Positions 63,123-64,000 of a DNA stretch of 64,000 nucleotides are shown piece after piece (positions within the stretch are counted from its first letter, which is position 1; the number at the start of each line of letters is the position of its first letter). Below the pieces are notes generated by a model. It had not been told where the DNA came from. It did not search any database and worked only from the letters and a program-made list of their open reading frames with translations. The translations under genes and the position numbers were made by a program. The stretch lies in NCBI RefSeq assembly GCF_006345805.1, contig NC_043020.1, positions 744,001 to 808,000 on the forward strand, written 5' to 3'. Source of the stretch: Octopus sinensis. Its lineage: Eukaryota.

Positions 63123-64000
63123 GCCAGTAGCCAAGATTCAAAAATTATGAACTTCCCTTACAGCTACTGCAGTTCATTCACCTTCACTCATCTGAGTGTC
63201 ACAGGTACAGGTGTGTGGTTAGGTATAGGCTGATTGGGTACAGGTGTGGCTTTGTGATAAGATGTTTGTTTCACAACCACAAGGTTTCAGGTTCAGTCCC
63301 ACTGTGTGACACTTTGGGTAACTGTCTTCTGCTATAGCCCCAACCCAAAAATCAAACTAAAATTTTGTGAAAGGATTTGGTAAATAGAAACTGAAAGAAG
63401 TCCATCTCACGTGTGTATGTATATATGATGGATTCTCTTTGTCATGAACAACAAATGAGGGTTCAGTAAAATAAAGTGTTTATCATGTTCTATGGACATG
63501 AATGTGTCTCTTGAAGCCTTGCTGGTTCCCTACAAACCTTTTGGCAAATGGAATAAACTGAGGGCTCAGTTTGCTGGAGTTCTTGCGGATCATTTACTAT
63601 GTGTTTTCTTGAGGGGTCGGCAGGGTCTGCTTTGCTCCGTGACACAAAACCACGATGACAGTTAAGGTTTCCATTTAGAGGAGCAGCATGGGTTTAAACA
63701 GAGAAATACATTATTGGAGTATATTTTGTCAACCATGTAAAAGGATAAATCTTTGGCAAGATTTGAACTTAGAAACTGTGTGTCTTCTCCCTCATCCAAC
63801 AGACAGGGCACACATTGTGTGCTACTTTATATATATTCAGTTCAGTGTAATCAGGAGCTAAGATTTGTATCAATGGAGCTATTTCAGGAATAAAAGTAAC
63901 GAACTAGAGTAGTGTAATTAATTTTATTCCATAAGGGCAAAAAGAGCTCATAGATACATACATACGTACACATACATACATACATACACGCGTGTGCACA

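Overview
AT-rich, repeat-saturated animal genomic DNA. The SINE and short-repeat families and the very high (TA)n/(CA)n/(AAT)n load point to an octopus (coleoid cephalopod); this is my inference from recognising the repeat families, not a database result. No host protein-coding gene could be supported, so the window is intergenic or inside a large intron, and almost all of the supplied ORFs are microsatellite translations or SINE read-through. Content: dozens of tRNA-derived SINE copies (at least four families, with head and tail modules swapped between them), RTE-type short elements with an internal ~60-bp VNTR, RTE LINE 3' fragments, two decayed Penelope-like element (PLE) coding remnants, Helentron/HINE-type elements, two piggyBac-type MITEs, a (TAA)n-embedded 550-bp element in two copies, and three local tandem duplications. 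The most interesting signal is a set of non-coding fold-back or tandem elements carrying minimal hammerhead-ribozyme (HHR) folds of the PLE type (five families, read by eye). One family (45.1-45.5 kb, relative at 31 kb) has a full hammerhead topology but the core GUGAACA, a compensatory G3-C8 swap of the canonical C3-G8 pair. Four of the five families have a U at the cleavage position (NUU). Repeat boundaries are approximate unless terminal motifs are quoted.
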